DNA from: Promethearchaeota archaeon
Lineage (GTDB): Archaea; Asgardarchaeota; Thorarchaeia; Thorarchaeales; Thorarchaeaceae
Direction: 5' to 3'
Assembly: GCA_014730275.1 (NCBI GenBank)
Contig: WJIL01000068.1
Span: 19,324-83,323, forward strand
Length of the DNA: 64,000 nt
Below the pieces are notes generated by a model. It saw only the letters and a list, made by a program, of their open reading frames with translations. It did not search any database and was not told the origin of the DNA. The position numbers were made by a program, and so were the translations under genes. Of the stretch, positions 34,695 through 44,641 are shown one piece after another. Numbering within the stretch: position 1 is the stretch's first letter; every line of letters begins with the position of its first letter.

Positions 34695-36092
34695 CTACTC
34701 AACCTCCTTTGTAAGATGTTCTTCAACGCTCTGAACAAACTTATCGATTTCCTGTTTTTCATGCAGTTCAGTAACGCAAACCAGAAGAGATTCACCAAGA
34801 TCTGGAAAGCTATCAGAAAGAATTGTACCTGCGTGAATGCCCCGATCTAACAATCCTTCACGTATCTCTTGCGCCGGAGTATCCTCAAACCTGACAGCGA
34901 ATTCCTTCCAAATTGATGAGCCAGCCGCTGGAGCTACGACCCCATCCAGTTCATTCAGCTTCTTCGCAGCATACATTGATTTGTATGCAATAGTTTTGCT
35001 CATTTGTTCCAAACCGGACGGCGTAAGAAGTGAAAGGTATACTGCTGCAGTTACTGCCATGAGTGCTTGGTTAGAACAGATGTTACTCGTTGCTTTTTCT
35101 CTTCGGATATGCTGCTCCCTAGGAACCAGTGTTAGGACGTATCCACGTTCATAAGGTTCCTCTTTGGTCCGGGTTAGACCAACAAGGCGGCCAGGCATCT
35201 GACGTATCACCCTCGTTCCCCCTTTGCAGCCAAAAATCCCAAGCAACGGCCCCCCACATGAAACAGGTGAGCCAAGTGGCTGGCCTTCTGCAATCACTAT
35301 ATCGGCACCATAGTCTCCCGGAGGGCGAATAAGACCTAGTGAAAGAACATCCACACCTGCAACAAGTAGTGATCCCGCGTCGTGAACTAATCTATTAATC
35401 TGGTCCACCTGCTCTTCGATAACACCCAGGTATGATGGATTTTCTATGTAGACCCCGGCAACATCATCATCAAGCTTGGATTCCAAATCATCAAGCATCA
35501 GCAGCCCACTTCTGGGATCTTGTTTGACTTTCTCAACTTCAATATCAGCAGATTCACAATATGTTTCAAGAACGGTGAGGTGGTTTGGATTCATATAATG
35601 TGGAACAAGAAAACGGGCACACTTGCGCTTTATTCGAGAGGCCATCCTCGCAGCTTCACCAAGTGCACTGGCCATATCATACATACTACTGTTGACAACA
35701 TCGATTTGTAGAATCTCCGCGAGAAGACTTTGATATTCAAAGAGAGTTTGCAACATACCTTGGCTTACTTCTGCTTGGTAGCTTGTATAGGAAGTGACAA
35801 ACTCCGAACGGTTTGCCAAAGCAGGAACAGCTGCTGGTATGTAATGCATATCTACGCCAGCTCCAAGAAAATTCTTACCCGCTGTTAGTTCTACATTCTT
35901 AGATGCAAGCGCCTTCAATCTACGGCTTACTTCTTCTTCAGTATGTGATGTAGGCAAGTCCAACTCTTTATCGAGCCTGAATTTCTCAGGTATATCACTG
36001 AAAAGACTTTCAATATTCTCCGCACCGATAGATTCTAGCATCTCTTTCTTGTTTTCTGTAGTTATAGGAAGGTATGGATGCTTTCGTTTCAT
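34695..36092 (-). CDS. gcvPA: glycine dehydrogenase (decarboxylating) subunit 1
   Basis: 465 aa. Lies immediately upstream of gcvPB. SYQAEVSQGMLQTLFEYQS motif. Confidence 0.95.
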   Translation of the reverse strand: MKRKHPYLPITTENKKEMLESIGAENIESLFSDIPEKFRLDKELDLPTSHTEEEVSRRLKALASKNVELTAGKNFLGAGVDMHYIPAAVPALANRSEFVTSYTSYQAEVSQGMLQTLFEYQSLLAEILQIDVVNSSMYDMASALGEAARMASRIKRKCARFLVPHYMNPNHLTVLETYCESADIEVEKVKQDPRSGLLMLDDLESKLDDDVAGVYIENPSYLGVIEEQVDQINRLVHDAGSLLVAGVDVLSLGLIRPPGDYGADIVIAEGQPLGSPVSCGGPLLGIFGCKGGTRVIRQMPGRLVGLTRTKEEPYERGYVLTLVPREQHIRREKATSNICSNQALMAVTAAVYLSLLTPSGLEQMSKTIAYKSMYAAKKLNELDGVVAPAAGSSIWKEFAVRFEDTPAQEIREGLLDRGIHAGTILSDSFPDLGESLLVCVTELHEKQEIDKFVQSVEEHLTKEVE

Positions 36093-36238
36093 TCAGCTTC
36101 CTCCGGAGAGGTTTGTCCCAGTTTCGCCAACTTGATTATGACAAATTAGCTTTCCCATCTAACAAGGGATAGTCGGTCATGTATCTACATCATTCTTAAA
36201 TTGTGATACCATGAAGACTTCTTATAGGAGAATCCAAG

Positions 36239-36559
36239 GTGAAGCGGTGGCTTATGGACATCTTAGCATGTCCAGTCAAAGAGTGTAGAAGCAGTCTCGA
36301 CCTCGAGGTACTTGAATCCCATATGGTGCAAACCGATGATGGGGAGGTCGAGGAAATCGATGCCGCACTCATAACGTGCCCTAAGTGTGGGCGTTGGTAT
36401 CCAGTTATCGATGGGATAGCATGTATGCTCCCTGACAATCTTAGACAAGAGGGGAAACAGAAAACTGAGGAAACCGCATTTCTGAAGGAATGGGAGGAGA
36501 AAATCCCTGCTGAAATCATTGCTGAGGGAATACCATTTGGATTAGAGAGAGAAGAGTGA
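36239..36559 (+). CDS. Trm112-like zinc-ribbon protein
   Basis: GTG start. LMDILACPVKEC...LITCPKCGRWYPVIDGIACMLPD. Confidence 0.75.
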   Translation: MKRWLMDILACPVKECRSSLDLEVLESHMVQTDDGEVEEIDAALITCPKCGRWYPVIDGIACMLPDNLRQEGKQKTEETAFLKEWEEKIPAEIIAEGIPFGLEREE

Positions 36560-36738
36560 AGAATCAAACTGCAGCAAGAATCGTTCAAAATGCTTAGTTC
36601 AAATCGTAACTCACCGCTAAAGCCTTAGATGTGCAACATATCATTCAGAAACAGTAATATTGAAAGCAGTCGTGGACTCGAAACGAGATAGATGATTTGC
36701 CTACTTCATCACGAGGAGACATCATCTAAATATAGCCT

Positions 36739-36814
36739 AGCCCTGTAGTGTAGCGGTCAATCATTTCGGGTTTTGGTCCCGGAGACCCAGGTTCGAATCC
36801 TGGCAGGGCTACCA
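36739..36814 (+). tRNA. tRNA-Gln(UUG), intron-less, CCA encoded
   Basis: Hand fold:
- Acceptor AGCCCTG/CAGGGCT.
- Anticodon stem TCGGG/CCCGG, loop TTTTGGT.
- T-arm CCAGG-TTCGAAT-CCTGG. Confidence 0.85.
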
Positions 36815-36816
36815 TC

Positions 36817-37671
36817 TTACCCTTTTTCATGTACGCTGAGGTCTGTGGGTTCTTTCATCTGGACCTTGAACAATCGCTTCACTTCTGTAAGGACCAATCG
36901 GTCACCATTAACAACCACGTCTATGGAAACCTGATTCTGTAAGCCCGATGTGGTTAGTTTCTTCTCAAGTATAGTCTGGACCTGAAAAACCCCGGCAGGA
37001 TTGTCCATATGAACAGTGATGAGTAAAGGCCGATTCTCACCATGGTCAAGAATAACATCTTTGATGGCAAGCGCGCTGACACTGTGTATGTCCACTTTCC
37101 CTTTCTGGAATGGCACTATGGTACGGCCTTTCGTCATATCGCACCCATCGCCAATTTTCGTGATGCCGGCCTCTAGTGTCAGGCACTGGGTATCATCATC
37201 ATGGGCGTAAATCCCATGGAGAATGAAACTTAGAATATCGGCAGCCTTGGCGGGATCTTCATACATCTTGTCAAGTTTGGGCCCAAGAATAGGACTCGCA
37301 AGTTGCATGGCAGAAATTGCGTGTTCTTGCCGGTGGACAACCATGCCAATGTCATGCAAATACGCAGAAGCAAGAACAATCATGCGTGCGTCATCGGTAT
37401 CGCCCAGATTTTCAGCAACGATGTTTGGCTTGAAAGTGTCATCAAGAATATCAAAAACTCTTAGGGCGTTCCATGTTGCTACTTCTGCATGTACCGGACC
37501 ATGGTCAGTGTATCCCAGACGCGATACTGCCATTCGATTGGCAGCACGAAGATACGATTGAATCTTAGGTGATGTTTTCAGATAATTGTACATTTCATAG
37601 GCCTTTGTGCTTGAAGAAAGAAGGTCACCCGCCGAAATAGCGTCACGGTCTAATGATTTATCATTGTTCAT
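36817..37671 (-). CDS. HD-domain metal-dependent phosphohydrolase
   Basis: HGPVHAEVAT and AYLHDIGM (H...HD) motifs. ATG at 37671 (MNNDKS...) preferred over the TTG at 37719. Confidence 0.75.
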   Translation of the reverse strand: MNNDKSLDRDAISAGDLLSSSTKAYEMYNYLKTSPKIQSYLRAANRMAVSRLGYTDHGPVHAEVATWNALRVFDILDDTFKPNIVAENLGDTDDARMIVLASAYLHDIGMVVHRQEHAISAMQLASPILGPKLDKMYEDPAKAADILSFILHGIYAHDDDTQCLTLEAGITKIGDGCDMTKGRTIVPFQKGKVDIHSVSALAIKDVILDHGENRPLLITVHMDNPAGVFQVQTILEKKLTTSGLQNQVSIDVVVNGDRLVLTEVKRLFKVQMKEPTDLSVHEKG

Positions 37672-37821
37672 CGATATGCCACCTCCAAAGAGGGGCATCA
37701 ACCCACGGAATGGTGCCAATTAAACATTTCACAATGTAATTTACGAGGAGATATCTTTTTAGCTGGATAGAGAGTCTTCCGCGTTCATTGGAAGTCCCTC
37801 CCGCAGTTTAGGCTCGTTTCA

Positions 37822-40791
37822 TTAGAGCTCTCCTGCTTCTTCTTCAATAGATAGGAGAATCCGATCTATCGCGCTCGTGGCTTCCTTTATTGTATTCAAG
37901 TAGTCTTGTCGCGACTTCTCAAATGCAGCTCTGCTAATCCGTTGTTTCTTCTTTCTTCGAAGTAGTTGTCGCAATCCAGCTTTGGCCCCTTCAACTTTCT
38001 CATTTTCCATCTCCAGTTGTGCAATCATATCACGATACTTGGAGCCATAGGAAATCAACTCATCCTTAACCGAAGGAAGCTCACTATCTATGTCCTCAAG
38101 CTTAGACTTGATGTCTTTCTCGCGAATCATGTATTCTTTCTTAGAGACCTTCCCTCTTCGTCTCGAGGCTTGCAGCTTCTCCAAGTCCATCTCAAGCGCC
38201 GTCTTCCTGGAATACATATCCGCAAACTCTCTGAGAAGTTCTGGTGGAGCTCCAACTTGCCTGCGTACTTCTTCAGTTGATTTGCCTACCACCGGAGCCG
38301 GGCCCTTGGGTCGTATCTTGCGATAAGATACATAGACTGTGGCAACCAACCCAATGATGAATGCGAATATGAGTGGCCTCGCTACAATTCCAATAGCTAA
38401 GTTATAGACGAGCCGTACTTCAGGTGGATTATATTGCGTTGTATTGAAAACGGTGTAGCGAAGTATTGTATCAAAAGCACCATAGAGCAATCTGTAGCTT
38501 CCTGAAGCGTCAACAACTGAGATTGAAGTTGAAAGGACAAGGTCAACTGTGTGCTTCTCTACAAGGATATGACTCAAAGTACCCATAGGTAGTTCAAGTA
38601 GGCTTCCACCCGGTGAGGAACTTGTATACGCGTCCAGTTTCACATAGTAGTCTATTTTGAAAGTATAATCCCATCCAGGTTTGAACTTGCCCTCACCAAA
38701 ACGGTCGCTCTGTAGATTGATCGTTAATTCAACGGATTCATTGAAGTTGTGTTCTGCTGTTGTCTGCGAATCTGCAAGTATACCTACTTTGTCATGAATT
38801 CGAATGCCTGACGCGTAGGCTGGAACTTCGAAAGATATCTTATCCTCGTTTGCGGTTCCGATATTGTGTATTGAAATTTCTTCAGTATAGACCAACCAAC
38901 CCCAAGAGTTCAGCTTCACACTTGTGCTCCGATCAGCCGTCAGATATGGTGTAAAAGAGCTCATGTTGAGAATGAACATCTCAGAAGACATTGGCTCCAA
39001 GTTCTCAGTGGTATCATCGACTTTTTCACTAGCCAAAGAGTCTCCGCTTCGGAGATTTGTGGCCAAGCTGGCACGCCTAAGAACATATGGAACAACAGGA
39101 TACTTCAAGAACTTCAATTCATAGATATTGCCTTCATCTTCAAGGAGTGTGTGAAGAGAGTGGAAGTACATCTCAGATGTGAAGTTGTATGTTTCCTCTA
39201 CAGAAACAGGCTCAAAGAAATGCAGTCGCCAATGCATGAGATCCGCATCATTAGATATTCGAACTACTTCAATTTCACGATCATTTGCATCTGTGGCTGA
39301 AATTGAAAGGAAATGAGGTTCCCATCTAGTGGGTAAGAACACCTCAATCGAGTTGATGGGGGCGGATCCATTGTTCTTGACAGAGAACGTATCCTCCACC
39401 TTTGTTTGATGGTGTTCCAAGGTACTAACGGTTCGTGATACCCTTAACCGCATCCCAAGCAGAGGAATCTGCGGCCAGTAGAAAATAACATCCACTGATG
39501 CAATACTAGTTACATTGGATGCATCGGTAGCATTGAACCAGATAGTATGTGTTCCATTATCATAATCCGAGAGGTCAGTCTTGGATTCCCAGAGATCGGA
39601 CTTGAAATTACGATAGAATTCAATCCATTCGCCATCATCAACTCTGTAGAAGCATCTTCGGACTAATCCATCATCAGACGCGTTGACCTTCAAAGTTGTA
39701 ACCAAACCAAGTATTGCATTTGGTTCAGGATTGACTATCTCCAAAACGGGGGCAGTGTTTGGAACGACCTGCATACTTAGTGGGTTGGTCCATTCCGTAT
39801 GTTGAGCAGGAAGCGAACTAAAATCATCATTCGGTCCACGAAGAAGAACAAAAGGAAATCGTGCATCAGTCGAGTTATACAGAGGAATGTCATAGGGATC
39901 TGTGCTGTTCATCCGAATGAAGTATTCAACCTGTGTTGTTCCGCCAACCAGACTTGCATTTGCGGAGAGTATTCTGCTTTGATTAGCATCTGGGAGATGC
40001 TGAAAAGTACTGATGCCATGCTCATCACTATAGGCTATCGAGCTCATATCTGCAGGGTTATCAAAACTCTCACCAATGCGCTTCAAAGTGATAACATATT
40101 CAAGGTCCTTTCCATACATGGGGTGTCCCGGTCTATTGTAGGCTTCTTCGGCGGGAATTATGAAATGGCGCTCTTCGCCAATACGCATGCCGATGATTTG
40201 GTCGATGTAAGCATTGAGAAGAGCATTCTCTTCAGCAACTTCGGGTCTCAAATCGCCAATAGGAGTATCAGATTCATCACCTGGTGCACTTCCCTCTTGC
40301 AAAAGGGTCCCATTTCGAGTATAAAGCTTGTAATCTACAGTGACCACATCATTTGGGGTTACACGTGGATAGCTCGATAGGGGGGTACCAGTAGCAGTTC
40401 CATAAATCAAATCACTCCCATTGAGACCATCTGTACTAAAAGTGCCGGTTTGATTCTTCCATCCAAGAGCTAACCAGCCAGATGTGGGGGCAGATAACCC
40501 TACGTATAGAACGGAGGAATTATGCTCGAAGAATACGGTTGTACCGGTTGCAGGATCAGTATAGTTTTGGCTATACTCTGTTGGGTCTATGATTCCATCT
40601 GCAAACCCGTAGTGGGTATCAACGTACGGAATCGATAGGTTCACGGGGGAATCCGCGGCCGATGCAATGTCTACAGGTTCAACATCAAACGCGGAATTGC
40701 CCCAGCTGTGGGGGTGAGACATGGTTGTTGCCATGCTGCTGGCAAAGAGTAATACCAGTAGTGCGAGTGTCACCGACCGTCTATGGAACAT
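37822..40791 (-). CDS. large secreted, membrane-anchored glycoprotein candidate: signal peptide, DOMON-like domain, FKBP-like PPIase domain, Ig-like region, ribophorin-I-like domain, TM helix, helical cytosolic tail
   Basis: - Start at ATG 40791 (MFHRRSVTLALLVLLFASSMA).
- GWLALGW...GSDLIYG (DOMON-like).
- VVTVDYKLYTRNG...EERHFIIPAEEAYN...LEYVITLKRI (FKBP-like).
- SVKLNSWGWLVYTEEISIHNIGT and RFGEGKFKPGWDYTFKIDYYV parallel human RPN1 [20 protein letters not shown] and RFPLFGGWKTHYIVGY.
- A TM helix is followed by a ~190-aa coiled-coil tail.
- Many N-x-S/T sequons. Confidence 0.7.
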   Translation of the reverse strand: MFHRRSVTLALLVLLFASSMATTMSHPHSWGNSAFDVEPVDIASAADSPVNLSIPYVDTHYGFADGIIDPTEYSQNYTDPATGTTVFFEHNSSVLYVGLSAPTSGWLALGWKNQTGTFSTDGLNGSDLIYGTATGTPLSSYPRVTPNDVVTVDYKLYTRNGTLLQEGSAPGDESDTPIGDLRPEVAEENALLNAYIDQIIGMRIGEERHFIIPAEEAYNRPGHPMYGKDLEYVITLKRIGESFDNPADMSSIAYSDEHGISTFQHLPDANQSRILSANASLVGGTTQVEYFIRMNSTDPYDIPLYNSTDARFPFVLLRGPNDDFSSLPAQHTEWTNPLSMQVVPNTAPVLEIVNPEPNAILGLVTTLKVNASDDGLVRRCFYRVDDGEWIEFYRNFKSDLWESKTDLSDYDNGTHTIWFNATDASNVTSIASVDVIFYWPQIPLLGMRLRVSRTVSTLEHHQTKVEDTFSVKNNGSAPINSIEVFLPTRWEPHFLSISATDANDREIEVVRISNDADLMHWRLHFFEPVSVEETYNFTSEMYFHSLHTLLEDEGNIYELKFLKYPVVPYVLRRASLATNLRSGDSLASEKVDDTTENLEPMSSEMFILNMSSFTPYLTADRSTSVKLNSWGWLVYTEEISIHNIGTANEDKISFEVPAYASGIRIHDKVGILADSQTTAEHNFNESVELTINLQSDRFGEGKFKPGWDYTFKIDYYVKLDAYTSSSPGGSLLELPMGTLSHILVEKHTVDLVLSTSISVVDASGSYRLLYGAFDTILRYTVFNTTQYNPPEVRLVYNLAIGIVARPLIFAFIIGLVATVYVSYRKIRPKGPAPVVGKSTEEVRRQVGAPPELLREFADMYSRKTALEMDLEKLQASRRRGKVSKKEYMIREKDIKSKLEDIDSELPSVKDELISYGSKYRDMIAQLEMENEKVEGAKAGLRQLLRRKKKQRISRAAFEKSRQDYLNTIKEATSAIDRILLSIEEEAGEL

Positions 40792-40969
40792 GCTCAAGAT
40801 ATGATCACCATGGTTTACTTGTTCGTGAAAATCCAGTTTACAATCAGGATGCTTCACGAACAATCCGCCCATCTTGTGTTTGGTTAAAATAGTTTCGGAC
40901 AATACAAGTGCCGTACAATTATTGATTCCTAGAGAAGTATTAAAAGGAGGTAGAAACTGACCGGGATAT

Positions 40970-42004
40970 GTGAGGTATGAGCTCGTGTTCACTATTCTGA
41001 TGGCGTTTCTCATATCCATAGTAATTACGGTAGTGTTCCTGCCCACCACAATAGAAATGTTAGAAGAAAGGAACAAATTCGCTGAAGACGTCCATAAAAA
41101 AGACAAGCAAATGGTTCCTAAAGGTGGGGGATTTGTTCTGCTGTTTGCTGTTGTCGCCGCCTTATTGATTATTGTCGGTTTCTCCACGTTCATCATGCAG
41201 AATGCGGTTAATCCAGCTATACTTGGTGCATTGGTCTCGATACTAATGGCGGGAATGGTTGGTCTCTTAGATGACAACCTAGATTTCAGAGATAGAACAA
41301 AAATCGCTTTGCCCCTAGTTGCATCTATTCCCCTTATGGCACTCAATGTGGGGACAACAACGATGTCAATACCTCTCATAGGTGATGTTAATCTACAGTG
41401 GGCATATCCATTACTAGTGGTCCCCCTTATGACAACATTCATTGTTGACAGTACAAACATGTATGGGGGAATGAATGGGCTTGAGTGTGGACTCAGCATC
41501 GTAAATTCATCGGCCATAGTAGTCTATGCATTGCTAACCCCAATACTCACAGGAAATGGTCTGGTTCAAAATCAAATGGACGGAGCAACAATAGCAGCTT
41601 CATTACTTGGTGCCTCGATTGTGTTCTTCCTTTTTAACAAGTACCCAGCAAAGGTTCTGCCAGGGGATGTTGGAAGATTACCAATAGGAGCAGCTATGGC
41701 CGCCTCCCTGATTATAGGCAATATGGATCGATTAGCTGTAATACTGTATTTGCCATTTTTACTGAATTTCATGATGTATCTTGTCTATAGATTGAAGGTA
41801 AAGAGAACAGGCATGGATTATCAGAAATTCGCAAAGCCAAAAGAAGATGGTAGTCTTGACGTTGTTGGTCCCTATACCATGTATTGGTTACTCCCCCACT
41901 TCTTTCAAAACGTAACCGAGAGGAAGAATGTATTTTTCTTGATACTTTTACAGGCCATATTGGCTTATGGAGGTGTCATTCTTTTACTCGTGGTTGGAAT
42001 CTAA
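40970..42004 (+). CDS. aglH: UDP-GlcNAc:dolichyl-phosphate GlcNAc-1-phosphate transferase (AglH / ALG7-type, MraY-WecA superfamily)
   Basis: 344 aa, polytopic, GTG start. GLLDDN, NMYGGMNGLECG (the NGLE form typical of archaeal/eukaryotic GPT) and LPGDVGRLPIG. Confidence 0.8.
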   Translation: MRYELVFTILMAFLISIVITVVFLPTTIEMLEERNKFAEDVHKKDKQMVPKGGGFVLLFAVVAALLIIVGFSTFIMQNAVNPAILGALVSILMAGMVGLLDDNLDFRDRTKIALPLVASIPLMALNVGTTTMSIPLIGDVNLQWAYPLLVVPLMTTFIVDSTNMYGGMNGLECGLSIVNSSAIVVYALLTPILTGNGLVQNQMDGATIAASLLGASIVFFLFNKYPAKVLPGDVGRLPIGAAMAASLIIGNMDRLAVILYLPFLLNFMMYLVYRLKVKRTGMDYQKFAKPKEDGSLDVVGPYTMYWLLPHFFQNVTERKNVFFLILLQAILAYGGVILLLVVGI

Positions 42005-42016
42005 AGAGTAGTGAGC

Positions 42017-43072
42017 CTAGGTCAGCTTATCTGAAAGATACACGTCAACGACATAATCCATACCATAACGACTGAATGCCTGTTGTTCAGCCTTCTTTCG
42101 TAGCTGCTTGAAATCGTCGATATATGCTTGCCATTTTGGAGTCTCGTAACGAACGTCTCGTTTAAGCTCATCCAAGCGCTTCATATCAGCATCCGTCATT
42201 GATTCAGTTGGCAAATCGTAGTTTACAATATCAGCAGCGGTAACACCAATCCACTGAGCTTCGGGGATGGTCAGACCCCTTATGTGAGCTGAACTTGCAC
42301 TTCCACAAATAATCACCCGTGCAATATGGAGTCCCCAGGGGTCACCATCTGTGAATATGTACAATGGAAGATTCAGGTGTTCATGAAGTCGTTTCATCAA
42401 CCGTCGTGTCGATCGTGGGGGTTGGCCTCCAAGCTGAACAAGGACAGCATTGAATGTTTCCCATGCTTTCGTTTCAATAAGGCGAGAGAACATGCCTCCA
42501 GATTCCACAGCGAGAATCATCTCTGCGTTGGTGTCCAATGGTTCTGCAGTCATTAGAGCTGGGCCTACTGGCAAACCATCCGGGCTTATAGTGAGGTCTA
42601 CTTCACGACCCTCATATCCAGGGACAGTGTACTCCATAGTAACACGCCCATATATTGAGGAATGTTCCTCAGGAAAAATCCCAAAATCTTCACGTGCCAA
42701 TCCAGTAAGGGATTCCAAATCAGCAACGATTCGGTCTGATTCCGATTGACTAGAGAAATCGATGTCTTCGCCCTCACTCGAGTAGTAGAGATCCCTGAGT
42801 GAGCTGGTACGCTGTGCACCGAGAAGCTTCTTTGCAAAAGCTGCAACCCACATTAGTTGAGAAAAGCTTTTGATATGTTTGATATTCTTGGAATCCCGTG
42901 TAATACTTGAGTCACCAAGAACAAATTGCCCTTTTGTTTTGTCAAAGACAATATTCCCCGTAGTCCGGTCAGGAAGCTCTAGAGTGGGAAACTCACCATC
43001 ACGAAGTGAATCCAGAATCTCCTTGCCCAGTTTTTTCAGAGCGTTTTGAGCATCGTCGAATTTAGACATCAA
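42017..43072 (-). CDS. top6A: DNA topoisomerase VI subunit A (Spo11 family)
   Basis: 351 aa. SLRDLYYSSEG active-site Tyr region. Toprim ILAVESGGMF and FTDGDPWG. Confidence 0.95.
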   Translation of the reverse strand: MMSKFDDAQNALKKLGKEILDSLRDGEFPTLELPDRTTGNIVFDKTKGQFVLGDSSITRDSKNIKHIKSFSQLMWVAAFAKKLLGAQRTSSLRDLYYSSEGEDIDFSSQSESDRIVADLESLTGLAREDFGIFPEEHSSIYGRVTMEYTVPGYEGREVDLTISPDGLPVGPALMTAEPLDTNAEMILAVESGGMFSRLIETKAWETFNAVLVQLGGQPPRSTRRLMKRLHEHLNLPLYIFTDGDPWGLHIARVIICGSASSAHIRGLTIPEAQWIGVTAADIVNYDLPTESMTDADMKRLDELKRDVRYETPKWQAYIDDFKQLRKKAEQQAFSRYGMDYVVDVYLSDKLT

Positions 43073-44576
43073 GATTCACCTCGAAGAGCTGTTCAACCAA
43101 AGAGTGAACTGAGGGTACTTCGTCCTCTTCTGAGAGCTCTGCTCCAAGTTCAGCAATGAGAGCAAGCTGCTGAGAATAACTTCTTGCTTCTTTGATTCTT
43201 TGAGCCCGTTTTTTCTTCACCTTTGTCATTCGTCGCAAACATCTACCGAGTTCTTTGTAGAGCAAAGTAAGATGAGATTCGATTTCCGCTTCAGTTGCCA
43301 CTGACTGTTTGCCAGCGGCTTTGTAAGGAACTCGGGTTGAGCAGAAATGAATAAACAAACCAACTTTTCTCGATTTTGTTAGACCGTATCTAGACCAATC
43401 AACTTCGTTGAGGGACTTTGTCATTACATCTTCACTGGCATCATAAAGAAGAGGAACTCTATTTGTGAAGCGGAACAAGCCAGGAGTCTTTGCTTTCCGT
43501 AATCTCCCGCCAATAGCAATTACTCCCTCAACAATGAATGGATGACCACCCCATTCTGATGGCCCTTTCTGTGCATAACCAACGTCTACGGCATCATATG
43601 TTTCAAGAACGGCATTCATGAACGGTTTCTCGCCTATCGGACTAAGAGAATCGATGGTTGGGCGACCCAACCCCTGGAAGTTCTGGAGAGCTGTGCTTAG
43701 CCGGCTTATGTCAGACCGCTCAAAATCGCCAACTTCTCGTTGAGGATTCATACCAAGGAATTCAATTATTTTAGAAGAAGTAACACGACCAACCTGTTGG
43801 AAAGATTTCCGAAGAAACTCCTGAAGTGGAGACTGAGCACATTTCTTGATCAGTCTTCGGAGTAGCTCCATATCGGCGGCATGAGGATGAGGTTTTGCAG
43901 AAACAGGAGGGGTGGGCAGTGTATCGCTGGATGGATGGATGGCGAATTGCTTTTCGCCATCTCGTACGAGCTCAATTTGAGAGTGGGGAGTGGAGACAGA
44001 AGTCAATCTGAGGTAATCAACTACTCGGTCATACGCTCTTGCAACTGCACCCTTCATGCTGATACGAACCGATGTGCCGACTTTATTTCGCTTAACCGAG
44101 TTTGAAGATACAATAATAGGCCTATTTTTTTCAACATCAATGAGAAGTTCATAGGTCCTGCCTGCCTCGTCATTCTCTGTGCAGGTATAAATCATAACAG
44201 GGGTTTCTGTAGTTATCTGGCCGTAGAGCACAGCCATAGTCACTCCAAGTCCAAAGGTACCACGTCTCTGGCGAGAGAGATACTTGCTACCGTAGAGAAC
44301 TCTGCCAAATGAATCAGCTACATGTGCATGAGGTAAGCCTTCACCATTGTCCGATACAGTGATAGTTACAATCCCTGAGGGGGCTTCATCGATTTCCACC
44401 TTAATCTCGGGTCTCTTACGTGCATCCTCGCAAGAATCAAGGCTGTTTTCTACCAGTTCACGGACCGTAGAATAGACAGCTTGTGTAGGATTGCCAAATC
44501 CTGCCATCTGGCGATTCCGATAGAAGAACTCCGCTGGTGAAATGCTGGCAAATACTCTGCTTGGATTTTGAGGCAT
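43062..44576 (-). CDS. top6B: DNA topoisomerase VI subunit B
   Basis: 504 aa. Bergerat-fold VRELVENSLDSCE, DNGEGL and GTFGLGVT. Overlaps the top6A start by 11 nt. Confidence 0.95.
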   Translation of the reverse strand: MPQNPSRVFASISPAEFFYRNRQMAGFGNPTQAVYSTVRELVENSLDSCEDARKRPEIKVEIDEAPSGIVTITVSDNGEGLPHAHVADSFGRVLYGSKYLSRQRRGTFGLGVTMAVLYGQITTETPVMIYTCTENDEAGRTYELLIDVEKNRPIIVSSNSVKRNKVGTSVRISMKGAVARAYDRVVDYLRLTSVSTPHSQIELVRDGEKQFAIHPSSDTLPTPPVSAKPHPHAADMELLRRLIKKCAQSPLQEFLRKSFQQVGRVTSSKIIEFLGMNPQREVGDFERSDISRLSTALQNFQGLGRPTIDSLSPIGEKPFMNAVLETYDAVDVGYAQKGPSEWGGHPFIVEGVIAIGGRLRKAKTPGLFRFTNRVPLLYDASEDVMTKSLNEVDWSRYGLTKSRKVGLFIHFCSTRVPYKAAGKQSVATEAEIESHLTLLYKELGRCLRRMTKVKKKRAQRIKEARSYSQQLALIAELGAELSEEDEVPSVHSLVEQLFEVNLDV

Positions 44577-44641
44577 TCTACTCCAAACAACCTTTGATTG
44601 ACAAGATTATAGGATTCAGTATTATAACGAAACAGCCCAAA

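Noticed and set aside
36700-36738. Inverted repeat AGATGAT-N24-ATCATCT just upstream of tRNA-Gln, considered as an sRNA or regulatory hairpin
   Set aside because: The stem is only 7 bp with a large loop and lies where the tRNA promoter should be. There is insufficient evidence for a distinct feature.
40792-41517. N-terminal ~240 codons of the 1231-aa ORF 37822-41517 (minus)
   Set aside because: This part overlaps the well-supported AglH/GPT gene on the opposite strand and has no recognisable features. An internal ATG at 40791 is followed by a textbook signal peptide, so the CDS was trimmed to 37822-40791.
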